Source: Paragordius varius (Eukaryota; Animalia; Nematomorpha). Taken from it: a stretch of 64,000 bases of DNA. Positions 49,701 through 62,627 of this stretch are shown here, piece by piece (within the stretch, counting starts at the first letter, position 1; each line of letters opens with the position of its first letter). A program made the position numbers and the translations under genes. The stretch is from positions 1,922,001 to 1,986,000 of the forward strand of contig OZ176055.1 of NCBI GenBank assembly GCA_964247055.1. The letters are read 5' to 3'. The notes below the pieces were generated by a model. It was not told the origin of the DNA. It worked only from the letters and a program-made list of their open reading frames with translations, and made no database searches.

Positions 49701-52700
49701 TCCAAAGAATAATGGATAAAGGTACTTAAACATTGTGGAGGCACAATGGCCTAGCTCGATGATGTATTGATTGTTGGTAATACAAAAGAGGAACATGATA
49801 AAAACCTTAACGAGACCCTAGCAAGGTTGCAAAAATTCGGTTTTGTTAAGGAAAGGTAAACTGAAACTTTATCAACATATTAAATTCCTGTGTTTAGAAC
49901 TATCAAAAAGGAATTCCTCCTGTACAAAATATTGACGCCATTACGAAATGTGCGATACTTATTAATAAAACTGAGTTAAGATCTGGGATTGCTCAATTTC
50001 TATGAAAGCCTTATTCCTGGCTTACACGTCAAAGTTAGCAATCTACATGCACTAACAGTTCAAAATAATCACAAGAATATAAAATGAATTTAAGTGAGCA
50101 AAAAACTTAATAACAAGAAAATCTTTACCACTTATAACATAAATAAAACAATAATACAAGTGGCTGCGTCTACAAAAGGCATTGGAGCTTTACTTCTGCA
50201 AATGGAGAATGAGAGAATGGTACCAATTGCATTCGCGTCAAGAAAATGCCAGAATGCAGAGAAAAATTATTCTGTGATTGAATTGGAAACCAAGGCTTTG
50301 TTATTTGGGTTAAAAAAAATTCTATTATTATATAGAAATGTTAGGTGTGGTCAGATCATAGCCGTTAGTTCATTTATTCGGAAACAATCGGAAGCTAAAT
50401 GATATTAAAAACTGTAAATTGTTAAGATGGATCTGCAAGGGAGCCCGGGTATGATTTTAATATTACTATATGGCGGGATCGACAAACATGGCCGATGTGT
50501 TTTCAAAACTTCCCGAAAAGAGTCAGACACCATTAGCCAGTGATGATGAATATGTGGCCGAACGAATCCGACAAATCGCATTCGTTTATTTAATTAAAAC
50601 CCAAATATAAATAAATTGTTTGAGGATAAACTGTTTAAACGATTACCTATGGCACTTAAAAATAATGATTGGTCAACACCGGAATCATCCGCTTTCAAAG
50701 CCGTGAGATAATCTCAAACAAGCTGATGGTTTTTTAAACATTGGTGATCGGTTAATTATCTCAACAGCTGCGCGAAAACGAATTTTGGCTTGGTTTCATG
50801 TTAATCTGGGGATCGTTGGTATGAAAAACACAGTTAGGTCGTTGGTGCCCGGAATAGTTAATTGAAATGTTAGTACAGGACTGTCAGCGTTGTCAGAGGA
50901 ACATGGCGAAGAATGGTGAGAATCCGGTATATAAATGGAACTTCAATGCGGGAATATGGGAAAGACTCCATGTGGAGATCGCGAGTCCCATGTGTGGTAA
51001 ATATTGGTTGGTTTTAATTGACGCGTTCTCGAGATGAGTGGAGGTGGAGATACTTAGCAGTATTACTTCTGATGTGATTTTGAAACAATTGGACAAATGG
51101 TTTGCCTCTTATGGTTTTCCAATAATGTTAGTATCTGATAATGGCACTTATTTTAAATCGTTCAATTTTCTAGAAAAGATGACAAACTGGAACATTAATC
51201 ACGTGACGTCTGCTCCCTATCACCCAAAGACGAATGGTTTGGTGAGTGATTTACTGTTGAAATCAGATTTAGTTCTACGACGATGACTGGCATATAGAGT
51301 CAAGAGGCTTTAAATAATGTATTATTGGCCTATCGAAACTCATGGCATAATGAAATTAAGACGACTGCCGCATCGTTGTTTTTGAAGAGGAACAGCAACA
51401 CACCGTTGAATTGGTTGCAATATAAGAAAGCGCCGAAAAAAGTACACCACCAATACCGTGATAGTTCACACCCTCACAACCAAATTTCATGAAGAATGAG
51501 AGATAAGGAAAGGATGGCGACCGGGAACGGTGAAAGTAAGAACGGGTCCATTGTCCTACCAAGTTAGTGACGAAGAAGGGAAACAAATGAGGATGTCTCA
51601 TGGTGAGCAGAGTGGGGCCCCCCTCAGGTTTTTACCAGATCAAGTCTGCAAACCTCCTAAGCGTTTTTTAGAGGATAAAGAGAATGATATGTAGTTGATA
51701 TGACACAACATTGCATGATTGTCTTTTTATCTTACATCATATTATAATTATATTATTAGTCGCATTTGGCATTTATGTTCGTGCGTCATTATTCGTGGAA
51801 TCCTTATATAAATAATAAAACTATTCTTACATTTGTGACGCACATTCTGTATAAATTATAATTAATAAAATGTATGTATGCATGTGTTTGTAAAAAAGTA
51901 TAAATATCACAACAATTTTAATAAATACATACACATTATCTTAATTTTACGTTATTCCGGTATACTATTCATTATATATATCTTTACCCCTATTAATAAT
52001 AATTTAAAAGCCCATGATGGCGTCATATTTAATCATACCTGGTAAGACAAAGAAAGCTATCACAAGGTAAAAAATAGCAAACCAGTTATATTTGGCCGTG
52101 GTGGCCCCCATAATTTTACATAAGGTGAGAGGAAATCTAAGTGCTGGAATAGGGTACCTATATACAGTTATAAATAACGTAAAAATAAAAAAGGACAACA
52201 CTTTTTTACATAAAGATAACATTTTTTTATTCCTTACGTCTAATAAATTGGAGTTGTGATATATAGTTGAGTAAATTAACCAATTATTTTTATTCCTTAT
52301 TTAGTATGCATAAAATATGTTTCAATATTTTTTTTAAACAAAATCTATCTACATATAATTATTACTGTAATTTCACCTAAATCATTAATTAATAGAATTA
52401 GTTTAATAGATTCATATTTCGTATTAAAAAAATAATTTTATTTGAACAAAATATTTCGGACCATACTGTTTTTTTACGATTGCATGCAAAGTTAAAACAT
52501 AAAAATATTACATTCAGATAATATACCATCAAATTCACCCTAAAAATAAATTATCTGTTTTCAGGCTTAAATAACTCATCATTATTAGGAAATATATTTT
52601 TACGACATAATTTTTTTCAGCATTATATTAATTTTAAACAAAATTTTATAGCTTAAAGATAAAATAAAGGTAATTTTTAATCTTAAAAACAAACACCGAT

Positions 52701-55700
52701 TTCTGGGTGAATTTGAAATGTTCAAGGGTAATTTTGAATTGTTCAAGAGTGTGAACTATAAATGGTATATATTTTGTTTTAATAAATTTATTCCTTTAAT
52801 ACGAGTGTAATCTATCATTTTATCAATCCAAGAATAAATCAAAACTTGTCTTTAATATTTTAATGGTTTGTAATGCAGGAAAAAATAAGTTACGTACCAC
52901 ATAGATATGCCAAGCAAATTAAAAAATGTATGGCAAAGAGCAATTTGCACCGAATACTTAAGGGTTTGAGGTGAAGCGGTTAAAGATGCTAATAGACCAG
53001 TTGCCGTTGTCCCAAGGTTAGAACCCAGGGTTAATGGATAAACCCTTTCTAAGCTAAATTATTTAATTTACTTAACTATTATATTATATTGTTGCTCTAT
53101 TTCATAAATTTAAGATTCCTCATTGGTGTACTGTAAAAAAAGTTTTCATAGTAATAATCAATTTATTGAAAAATTTTAATAGTGGTTTTTATAATGATAT
53201 AAATATCTCTTTTTTGATTAATCAGTTGAAAAAAATTATATAAAAACCATATATATTTTATCATTTTGTCCGACATATATAAAAGAATTTTATCAAAGAT
53301 AAGTTAATTAAAATTTGTACAAATTTCAATTAATTACCTAATAACACCAATCCCAACCAAGGGTGTAAGGGCTGACGTAAAAACACTACTGCTTTGCAGC
53401 AAAAAAGTACAGGCTGCTCCAACCAAAATAGCCAAATAACCCGTAAGAAAAGTAAAAGGTCGCGGAATGTCGGAATTTACAATTTTTCGTATACCCAAAG
53501 CAATCTTTCCTATAGGTGTATTTTGACAAAATAATATATATTACATTTTAATGTGTCCAAAAAAGTTATGAATTAATGGTTATAAATTAAGTTAAAAAAT
53601 TTCTTATGTTTGTTAACTATGTTTTAATACGACATGTTTGTAACAACAAATATAAATTAGAAAAAATTATTGATGGACTAATATTTAAGGATTATTTCAT
53701 CATAAAACCGCATAAACAATAATTCATGAAATTTAAGTAGTATGTATTAATTCCGATAAATCTTAATCCAATACCTACTTAAAAAAATAGAAAAAACTTT
53801 TCTAAAATTCAAAACTTTTTTTTTCATTAAAAATGTGTTCTTTACCTTTAAGCATACTGTGTAAAACTTTGACTATAAGTATAAGGCACAGGGTTAGCAT
53901 GACTAATGATATGACTAGCAATATAGCACCGACCACATTATCATTCCATTTCGTTAAGGAAAACAGGGAACGACCTATAAAAACATTACTTTATATTTGA
54001 AAAGTTTTATTATCTTTGTTGCTTAAAATAAGTAAGATTAGTGAGAATTCTGTTATTAATATAACCAAGATATTATATGGATAATTACATTATATATAAT
54101 GTATAATAGCTTTTTAATTTAGTAATTTTGAAAATAAGAATTGTAATTAAACAACTGATCTTTAGAATCATCGATTGCTTAAAAAAGTAAAGTAGGTCTT
54201 TTTATATTTAGCCCAATATCTATAATTTTTTAAGATTGATGTAAAATCTCAGTTGGATGGTGAACCCAATAAGTAAGTAATAAAGTATAAAAATTAACGA
54301 AAATAGCAACGAATCCTAAAAAACAACCAATTTCAAAGATAATATTTTGAAAGAAAAAAAACTTACATCTAACCACATTCTTAGTTACATAAGTGGTATT
54401 GGTCAAATTGTTCGTGAGAGGGGTAGGCTGAGCATTTTTAGAGGAAGTACACCAATGTTTTAAGAGTGGTTCATGTGTTGAAACATTACCGATTGCAATC
54501 ATATTCATTACATTTGAATCCAGCTAAGAAAATAATTCTTCGGTTATTTAATTACAACATTGTTTTAGTATAAAAAATCTATAAATAGTAGTAAATATTT
54601 ATTTTTGCCATGATTTATTTTACACAACACATATAGTGTGGGGTTTCGACCAATAAAATCATAAAACTTTCCCTGACATAATCTGGTCACAACATTAACA
54701 TAAATGTCATAATTAAACTAAACAAAAACAAATATTAACCGTTTAAATAGGTTATAATAGTTTTTGTATTTTAACATCAATAATTTGCCAAAATTATCAA
54801 CATTGAGGAATATTTTCGTCTATCATATAAGTTTTGGGCTATTAATAAAAATTTCTTTATTTTGTGTCAAACATATTCGATAGATAAAAATTTTAAAAAT
54901 ACTTATATAAAATCGGAGTAATATTTGCCTTGATATGTTATACATTTTATTTAGGATAATAAACATATTTTTACCATAACAATAAGTGACGTGAAGGGTT
55001 TAGTTATAGTACCCAAAATTTCTTTATTATTTGCCTTTGATATGCTGCGTGAGGTACCATCTTTCCCCATAATATCAATTTTATTTACTATGGCCAACGT
55101 TAGGTAATATAATAGACCTAATATATAATAAATATGCAATATATGAAATATAAATATTATCAGACATACAATGATAATTACAAAATCAAAAATATATACA
55201 ACCGAATAATCCAGATATATTGCCAAAAACTTTATATACTGTAAAAATAATGGAAAATCAATATATTCATAAACGAGAACGAAAAAAAAAACAGACTCTC
55301 ATATAAAACACATATTAACTAACAAAAATCATATAGGGAGTTATTTAAAAAAGTGCAAAAGTTATGTAAAACCAAATTTTATATATATATAATATGTATG
55401 TATTAATCAAACTTTCAACCGCTAAAACAACATAGCAACATAACATTTTTAAATGATCACAAAAATTTATATATGAGAAATGTTATCAAACTATCTAATG
55501 GCCTCATTCAATCAAATCATCAGATTATTAAAAAAGAAAGATAATAAAAAAGTAAAATCTAATAAATAACGTACCAGTCAAACTTTCGAGCGGTAAAAGT
55601 ACGCAAACAGTCAACCAATTAAACATGTCATGAACGGTTGCGGCAGCGAAAGCTCGTCGAAATTCATTGTTAATCGATTGAGTCGATAAACGACGCTAGA

Positions 55701-56325
55701 CAAGAGGAAAAATATATGAAAAAAAATGTTTCAATACGACATTTCTCTATCTTAATTTTAAGCTTTATAATATGTGAAATTGAATAAAAATTTAATATAT
55801 ATATATATAATAGGATAATCGGATTTTAATAAGGCAAATTTTGATCAAACTACACGAAAAATATAAATATAAAAAAGTTGATATTCATGTAACACAAGTA
55901 ACATATAATATTTCGTTTATAAAGTCGTAAAATATGTCGATTATTTGCCGTGTGAAAAATTAATAGTTTGAGTCGCTCACCACAAAATTAATATAATATA
56001 TACATCAAAATATTCACAAAAGAGTCAAAAAATTATTTTTTAATTATTTTCGTTCCATAACACAAACTTAAAATATACCAAAGACGCTCTCGGTATCACA
56101 GGGGATAATGGTATTCCCGTAATAGATTTTTTAGCGCTTTGGCCCACCAAACCGGAGTTTTTAGCGGTTGAGCTTTTCTTCTTATTGTCTGCTGAAGTGT
56201 TTGATGCAGACGAGGTTAGACGGGTAGCGGAAGCCATACTAACGATCGTATTCGTTACAGAAGTCCCAATATTTGCACCCATTATGATTGGGATTGCGGG
56301 TTTCACCGTTAAAACTGTATGAGGC

Positions 56326-56359
<34 letters not shown>

Positions 56360-59300
56360 CCATAACAAGCGACGTCTCTAACCAACACAAATGGGTTCGC
56401 GGGCCACATTTTTGACTCAACGATCGAAATATAATTCACCCTTTCAAACAATTCAAATTCACCCTTAAATAAATAACATGTTTTTTTAGATTAAAATTCC
56501 CTATATTTTAATATATTTTTAAAAAATAAAATTTTGTTTTAAACAAAAATAATACTGAAAAAACAATAAACTATGTCATTAAGATATATTTCATATTAAT
56601 AATGAGTTACATTAGTTGAAAACACATAATTTATTTTTAGGATGAATTTGAATTGTTCAAGGGTGAATTTGAATTGTTCGAGGGTGAATTTGAATTGTTC
56701 GAGGGTGAATTTGAATTGTTTAACACTTGGATACAACACACTCACTTTAGTCCTTCGATTCAAATTGGGGTAGTTGGATACCCCAGGCCTGTTTAAAATC
56801 AAATACTTTAAAAAGTATGGGAGCAATCGAAACCATGGCAAAATTGTGCATTTATATAACATTAATAAACCGATATATATAAAAACTTTTATTAAAATAC
56901 TTGATATTACTTATTTTGGCTAACGCTGAAAGGTAAAAATTTAGTCAACGTGACATGTGTCAAACTGTAAAATTAAAAAATAATACAAGATAAACCGCTT
57001 TTTCTATTTCTATCAATGTTAGATGTAATTTATATAAAAAATAAGCTTTAGTTTTACCCTTAAAATTAAATAAAGACGATATTTTGCAAAATTTTTGTAA
57101 AATAAAAATGGCGTCGAAGTAGTTTGAGATGGAACTTTTTTTCAAAACAAAATTTTATCAAGATATTTTGGCATATTTATATAATAATTATCAGGATAGA
57201 AGCATAAATTTAAATTGGGACCGTTTCCTTCGGTAGTTTTTTAAAAATTTTAATTTTAATTTAGTCCGGGGTATTTAGATACCCCAATTTGAATCGAAGT
57301 GTTAAGGGTGAATTTGACTTGTTCAAGGGTGAATTTGAATTGTTCGAGGGTGAATTTGAATTGTTCAAGGGTGAATAAATGGTATATATAGCTATAACAA
57401 GCGACGTCTCTCACCAACACATTCGCGGGCCGCATTTTTGACTTAAAAAACGTCGAGACGATCGAATTATATAATAATTATAAGAATTTAATTATTAGTT
57501 TTTTTAGAGCTAAGACTGTAAAAAACAGAGTATGACAATTTTTCCCGGTTGCCTGCCAAACAAATAAATTTATTCTGAAAATTTATTTAGAAATTTCAAT
57601 TTACTTTTACTAAGGTAAGATATCCATTGTATATTCTTGTGAATTATGGATTTGCTATAAATTATTAAGACAAATCTTTTTACGGTATAAAAACTAGCAT
57701 ACACTTCTTTTAAACCTTGAAATTTCATACATAAATTGTTTGCCCTATTTTTTACCCCAATAAATGAAGAATTTTATTGAAAAATCTATTATAAATATGG
57801 TTTTTTTATAAAAAATATTTATCTTCTAATTATTACGTCGTTTTGCCTAGATATAATTAATTGACTTAAGGAGTTTAATAATGTATAATTAATGCTTAAA
57901 ACAAGTTATCAAAAAAATATAGGATTGATTTTAAACGTACTAGAATCATATAATTTTTTAATATGCAATGGATATTTAATCTGTGATTATTATCGGTGAA
58001 AGGTTTCTATTTTCATTTTTACTTCTTTGTAGTTTTTAAATTTTTTTAATTTTTTACCATATTGTAGTTTTTTTAAGAAAGTTGCTTAGTTATTGCAATA
58101 AATAACAATGTCATAAAATCGGTTGAAATGTTTAAAATAAGGAAGTATCATATTATATTTTATGCAAGAAAATCAATAATAAAATATTATAGAGATCAAG
58201 AAATAGCAATAAAAGTGTGTGTGGTTTGCCTAAACCTAGGCATCAATTATTTATGAATACCTTATTTAAATCAAACTAAAATTTAAATTAATATAAATTA
58301 AAGAGAAAGAATGCCATTATTTAACCAATGTCGATGAGATTTTCAAAAAAGGCTTTTGTCATTTTCAAATAATAGACATTTTTTGCCTAATATTTCATTT
58401 GAAAAACAGTATTTATAAATAATTACAAGGCTATTCATGTATAAATCCCAATATATTATAAAAAAGTGCTTCCTTTTTCAAATGATATACATATATTTTA
58501 ATATTAAAGGTAAATAATTATTAATTTAAATTTTAATATTTATAAAAACTTGAAAAAAATAAATCAAATTAGAAATTAAATAGATTGGTCAAATCAAAAC
58601 CTTATTTTCTTAACAAGAAAAACTGTTTAATATTAAAAATAGATTAATATATCAATTTAAATTGGGGTATCTAGGGCGAATGTATTGTTAAAATTTTTGA
58701 AAAACTACTGAAAGAAACGGTTTTTTAATAAAAATTTATAATTCATTCTATCCTGATAAAAATTATAAAGCCAAAATATCTAAATGAAATTTCGTTTTGA
58801 AAAAAATAATATGTATCAAACTAATTAGCCATAATTATGACATTTTTGCAAAATATTGTGTATTTTTGATTTTAACGCTAAAATACTATTTTTTATTTGA
58901 AAATCACATGTAACATTGATAGAAACAGAAAAATTGGTTTAAATTGCATATAATTATATTAGGTTAATGCACACTTGGCATGTTGGTAAAATTTTTACCT
59001 TACAGTTTATCCATAAAATAAGTAATATCAAGTTTTTTTAAATGAATGTTTTTTTCCCTATTTGGGTGCATGAATGTCATAAAAGTGAGAAACTTTTTCA
59101 ATCCTTTTAATTTGTTACATATTTTTGGCAATATTTGATTTTAAACAGGCATGGGGTCCCCACAAAGACGCCATTTAAATTGGAGGATTAAATAAACCAA
59201 GTTTTAAATTTATTGGAAAAAAAATCATTATATATACTTCCACTTGCAACCATGGTAACTATGATAGAGGTTGTCGTTGAAGAACTTTGAAGTAATACGG

Positions 59301-60884
59301 TGGCCAAAACTCCAATCATAAGTCCCGCGATGCTATTGTTAAGTAGTTTACTTTCCATAAACACTTTTCCAGCAGTTTTACCTGTAGGTTTATATTAATA
59401 TAGTAATCAGTTTATCATGATGAAAAAAAGTATATTCTAAAAATCAAGCGTTATATAATTTCTCAATTATTTCATATAAGGAGATAATGTGATTGGTAAA
59501 TTATACAGTAAAAATTGTAACAAAAAAACATTGATAGTAAAAATTAGCATTTGTTTCAATTTATAGATCCATATTCTATCATTGGTTTTCAATGAAATAT
59601 AAAAATATTTTCACATGTTTCGCAAGCCAAAACGATATGTTATAATAAAATAATCAAGTTAAAATAAGTATTAGTTATTGTTTAAGTTTATTCATATAGT
59701 ATGAGTAAGTATATATAGCTGAAAAATTATAAGGCAAAAAGCATATATATCAAAGGGCAGTATTATTGGCTTATAATTATATTTTTCACTCATTAATATT
59801 ATTTGTAAATAATAATTCTCCTTGTTGGGTATGCTATTTGGCAATAATTAATAACTTTCTAGCAATATATATTTACTGCTACTGGAATTTAGTGTAAAAT
59901 TTAAAAAAATAATTTCAGGGCAAAAAATACCTCCAATAAGTTTAAAGGCTGATGAAAGCAAATCCAGTGAACAAATAAAAAAATAGAGTAGAATCAAAAG
60001 CATCACAAACTTGCCAATGTAATCGAATAAGACACGTTTAATCTTTTCCGATTTTGTCATATCTAGAGTGTGAGTTTGTGATGATATAGAAAAAAATTAA
60101 ATATATTTATATGCCTAACTCGTTTTGAATTATACAGCAACTTGCATATAAATATAATATTTTCTTCAAATAATTGTGAAATACCTTTTAAGATGGCCGT
60201 ATGCACAATAAAAAATTAAACATAAAAAATATTTAAAATCGGGATATATAATAAGATTTTCCCGCAATATATTAAAAATTTAAAGAATAAATTTGGAATT
60301 TTCAAAAAACTATAGATTTAGCAGAAAAAAATCTAGAAGTAAAAAACGTACACCAAATATTTTTTGATTATTATACCATGCCAGTTCATGGCATCAACTT
60401 GGAATTCAGGCAAGGCCCAAGGATCAATTTGAGAAGCTAACGCTTCCGTTTCTTTCCAATTGGGCAAATCGAAATCGGTAGAATTATCTTCGGTATTTTC
60501 TGCATTTAAATCTTCGTCTGGTAAAATATCAATCGGATGTCCACCATTAACTTTAACATACGTACTTTCTAATAAATTATGGCTGGCTTGTTTCGGCATG
60601 TCACTTTGATACACAGAATAATCAAACAGGTTATCTACAGTAGAATTTGGCACATTTGTTGAATCCAATTTATTGTTTTCCTACGATTTTAAAAAACATA
60701 AATGTACTATATATCAAAGCGCATGCCGTATAGGGAAAAACTTCATATCGGAATATGTATGTAGCAATGAATGTATTAAAATTATTTTATCAATTTATAT
60801 TTTTAACAAATATTACTATGTCGATATATTATATTGACATATATGTATGAAACCCAAAACATTTACCTTCTTAGAATTATCCAT
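46792..60884 (-). CDS. SLC34A: Type II sodium-dependent phosphate cotransporter (SLC34/NaPi-II family), 15 coding exons, 792 aa
   Basis: Exons 60867-60884, 60377-60680, 59931-60062, 59238-59381, 56079-56314, 55575-55695, 54975-55117, 54367-54523, 53846-53974, 53338-53509, 52898-53053, 52039-52157, 47921-48068, 47223-47395, 46792-47018. All GT-AG, phases consistent, total 2379 nt. Motifs: [77 protein letters not shown]. Paralog number cannot be assigned. Confidence 0.95.
48295..51970. mobile_element. Rearranged Mag-like gypsy element (D) with ~800-900-bp inverted arms
   Basis: 48295-49098 is the reverse complement of 50972-51893 (integrase C-half + PPT + LTR). The spacer 49099-50971 holds degraded gag ([11 protein letters not shown]), RT (FQFNRLPFG), RNase H and integrase N-part on the + strand. 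The right LTR end (~51970) is approximate. Confidence 0.85.
52500..52770. mobile_element. R3-related fold-back remnant in SLC34 intron 11
   Basis: ataccatcaaattcaccc on the left and gggtgaatttgaaatgttcaagggt...aaatggtata on the right. Confidence 0.5.
56430..57385. repeat. R3-related element with 21-bp tandem array (gggtgaatttgaattgttcaa) split by an R2 insertion
   Basis: About 4 units before 56720 and 3 after 57305, ending aaatggtata; inverted unit at ~56440-56468. Confidence 0.75.
56724..57301 (+). mobile_element. Intact 578-bp piggyBac-like MITE (R2 reference copy)
   Basis: TTAA TSD (56720-56723 and 57302-57305) inside a 21-bp array; CACTT termini; 19-bp internal inverted repeat ttcgattcaaattggggta placed asymmetrically. 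Confidence 0.85.
58660..59150 (-). mobile_element. Degraded R2 copy just downstream of SLC34 exon 4
   Basis: aaattggggtatct, aaaactactgaaagaaacgg, cattgatagaaacagaaaaa and aaacaggcatgggg blocks. Confidence 0.65.
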
Positions 60885-62267
60885 AATCTATATTATGTTA
60901 TGCCTTGTTATCGATAAGAATATTGCACATTTTTAATTGAGATCTTAATAGATCAAACGTCAAAAATATATTAAATTTTTTTAGAATGAAGAAATATTAT
61001 AAAAATGAAAAAAATATTTTAGTTATTATAATATATAATATATTATTAAATTGCTCGGAATAATACATATCGTAAACGCATTTTGCCGCAGGCGTCTCAT
61101 GCCTTTTTTATTTTGTAAAAATAATTTTCGATATATTTTTATTAATGAATGTTTTTTATCTAATTGGCAGAATAAAAATTGGCGTTTACACTCATTAGAC
61201 AATTGGGTGTTTGATAATTAATTTAAAAAGTAATTAGTCATCTATATAAAAGAAATTGGTTTTTTCTAGCCCAATTTTTTAATAAACGAAATTTTGATTA
61301 TAATGCACGGGTCAAAAATGTACAATAAAGAAAATAATATAGTTGAGTTGTTTGTATATTAATTTTTTTTATTATTATTACCCTTTAACGATGTTAATAT
61401 ATATCTCTGATTCGGAAAAGTGTTTTCATGTGACATTTTTGCGGACCTTCATTTTAATAACTCACAAAAATATTTGTGAATATTAATAAGAATATATAAT
61501 ATATATATAAGGATTAATATTTCTTTTTAGTTTTGCCATTACTATTTTTCTTATAATGTTTTAAACTGCCGGTGATTTTTTTCAATTATTTTGCAAGAAA
61601 AAATTAATATTATACGGATAAAACATAAAAATATAATCACAAATATTTTTTAATGGGCAACCATACTTTTTTAAATCTTAAATTTTCTTATGTGAGCTAT
61701 TTTGTTACAATTCTAAAATATAGAATTGATTGTGTAAAAAATATATATCTCAACTTTACCTTTTGCCATTAGTTATATGTTAAAAAAAATTAAAAAGAAT
61801 GGTTGTCTTTGGAAAAAATACTTGTATTTCCATTATTACGTTTCGGTATGATTCCAAATTTTAGTGTATTGATTTGTAACCTTATTAGTAATTATTTTGA
61901 AATGTAACAAAATTAAAGCATATAAAACTTTAAATAAACCTATTAAAATTAATATAAGTGGACTAAAAACACTTTCAAAATAAATTTTTAGACGTATTCT
62001 TATTGAGAACATATAATATTGATATTATTTATTCCTATTACTTAATAACGCAGCTTGAGTATTAAGAATATCAAACCCATAATAGTTTAATAGTTAATAC
62101 CAAACTTTGGACCCATATTATTTTTTGGCTATAATATTAATTAATATATATTTGTTATAATAACCAATTTTTCTAGTTAATAGCATGTTTCGATTGTTGT
62201 GTTAAAAATTATATTATTAATTTTCCATTAGATCAAAATTAATTAATTCAACTTTAAATAAAAAAGT

Positions 62268-62627
62268 ATGAATGTTATTATTGCCAAAACTAAAAGGGAT
62301 TTTATGGCTGAAAAAGAGCGAGCTTTGGAAAAGGAAAGCCACTCATCTAAACGCATGTATAAACGTTTATGGATCCGACCTATTGAGGACAAGGGATTTT
62401 TGGATTCATTAATGATTCATAAAGATTGGAATGAGACGGATGGTAATGAGAACGGTGACAATTATTTAGAAACGATGGGAAACACTCATGCAGGGCGTGG
62501 TCAATACCCTACCTCGCTTACAGAGGCCATACTTTATGAAGCTGAAAGTTTGATTCCCACTTATTTAAATATTAATCTTAACCTTATTTTATGGAAATTA
62601 TTTATACTGTTCAGGTTTGATTTTTGA
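62268..62627 (+). other. Orphan 119-aa ORF, possibly a PIF/Harbinger transposase N-terminal fragment or an exon of an unseen gene
   Basis: GC-richer island; KRMYKRLWIRPIEDKGFLDSL loosely resembles Harbinger RxWVRP...G..L starts. No catalytic motifs seen. Confidence 0.25.

Noticed and set aside
56640-57375. 21-bp arrays as a possible CRISPR
   Set aside because: Units are head-to-tail with no unique spacers, there are no cas genes, and the context is a eukaryotic intron.
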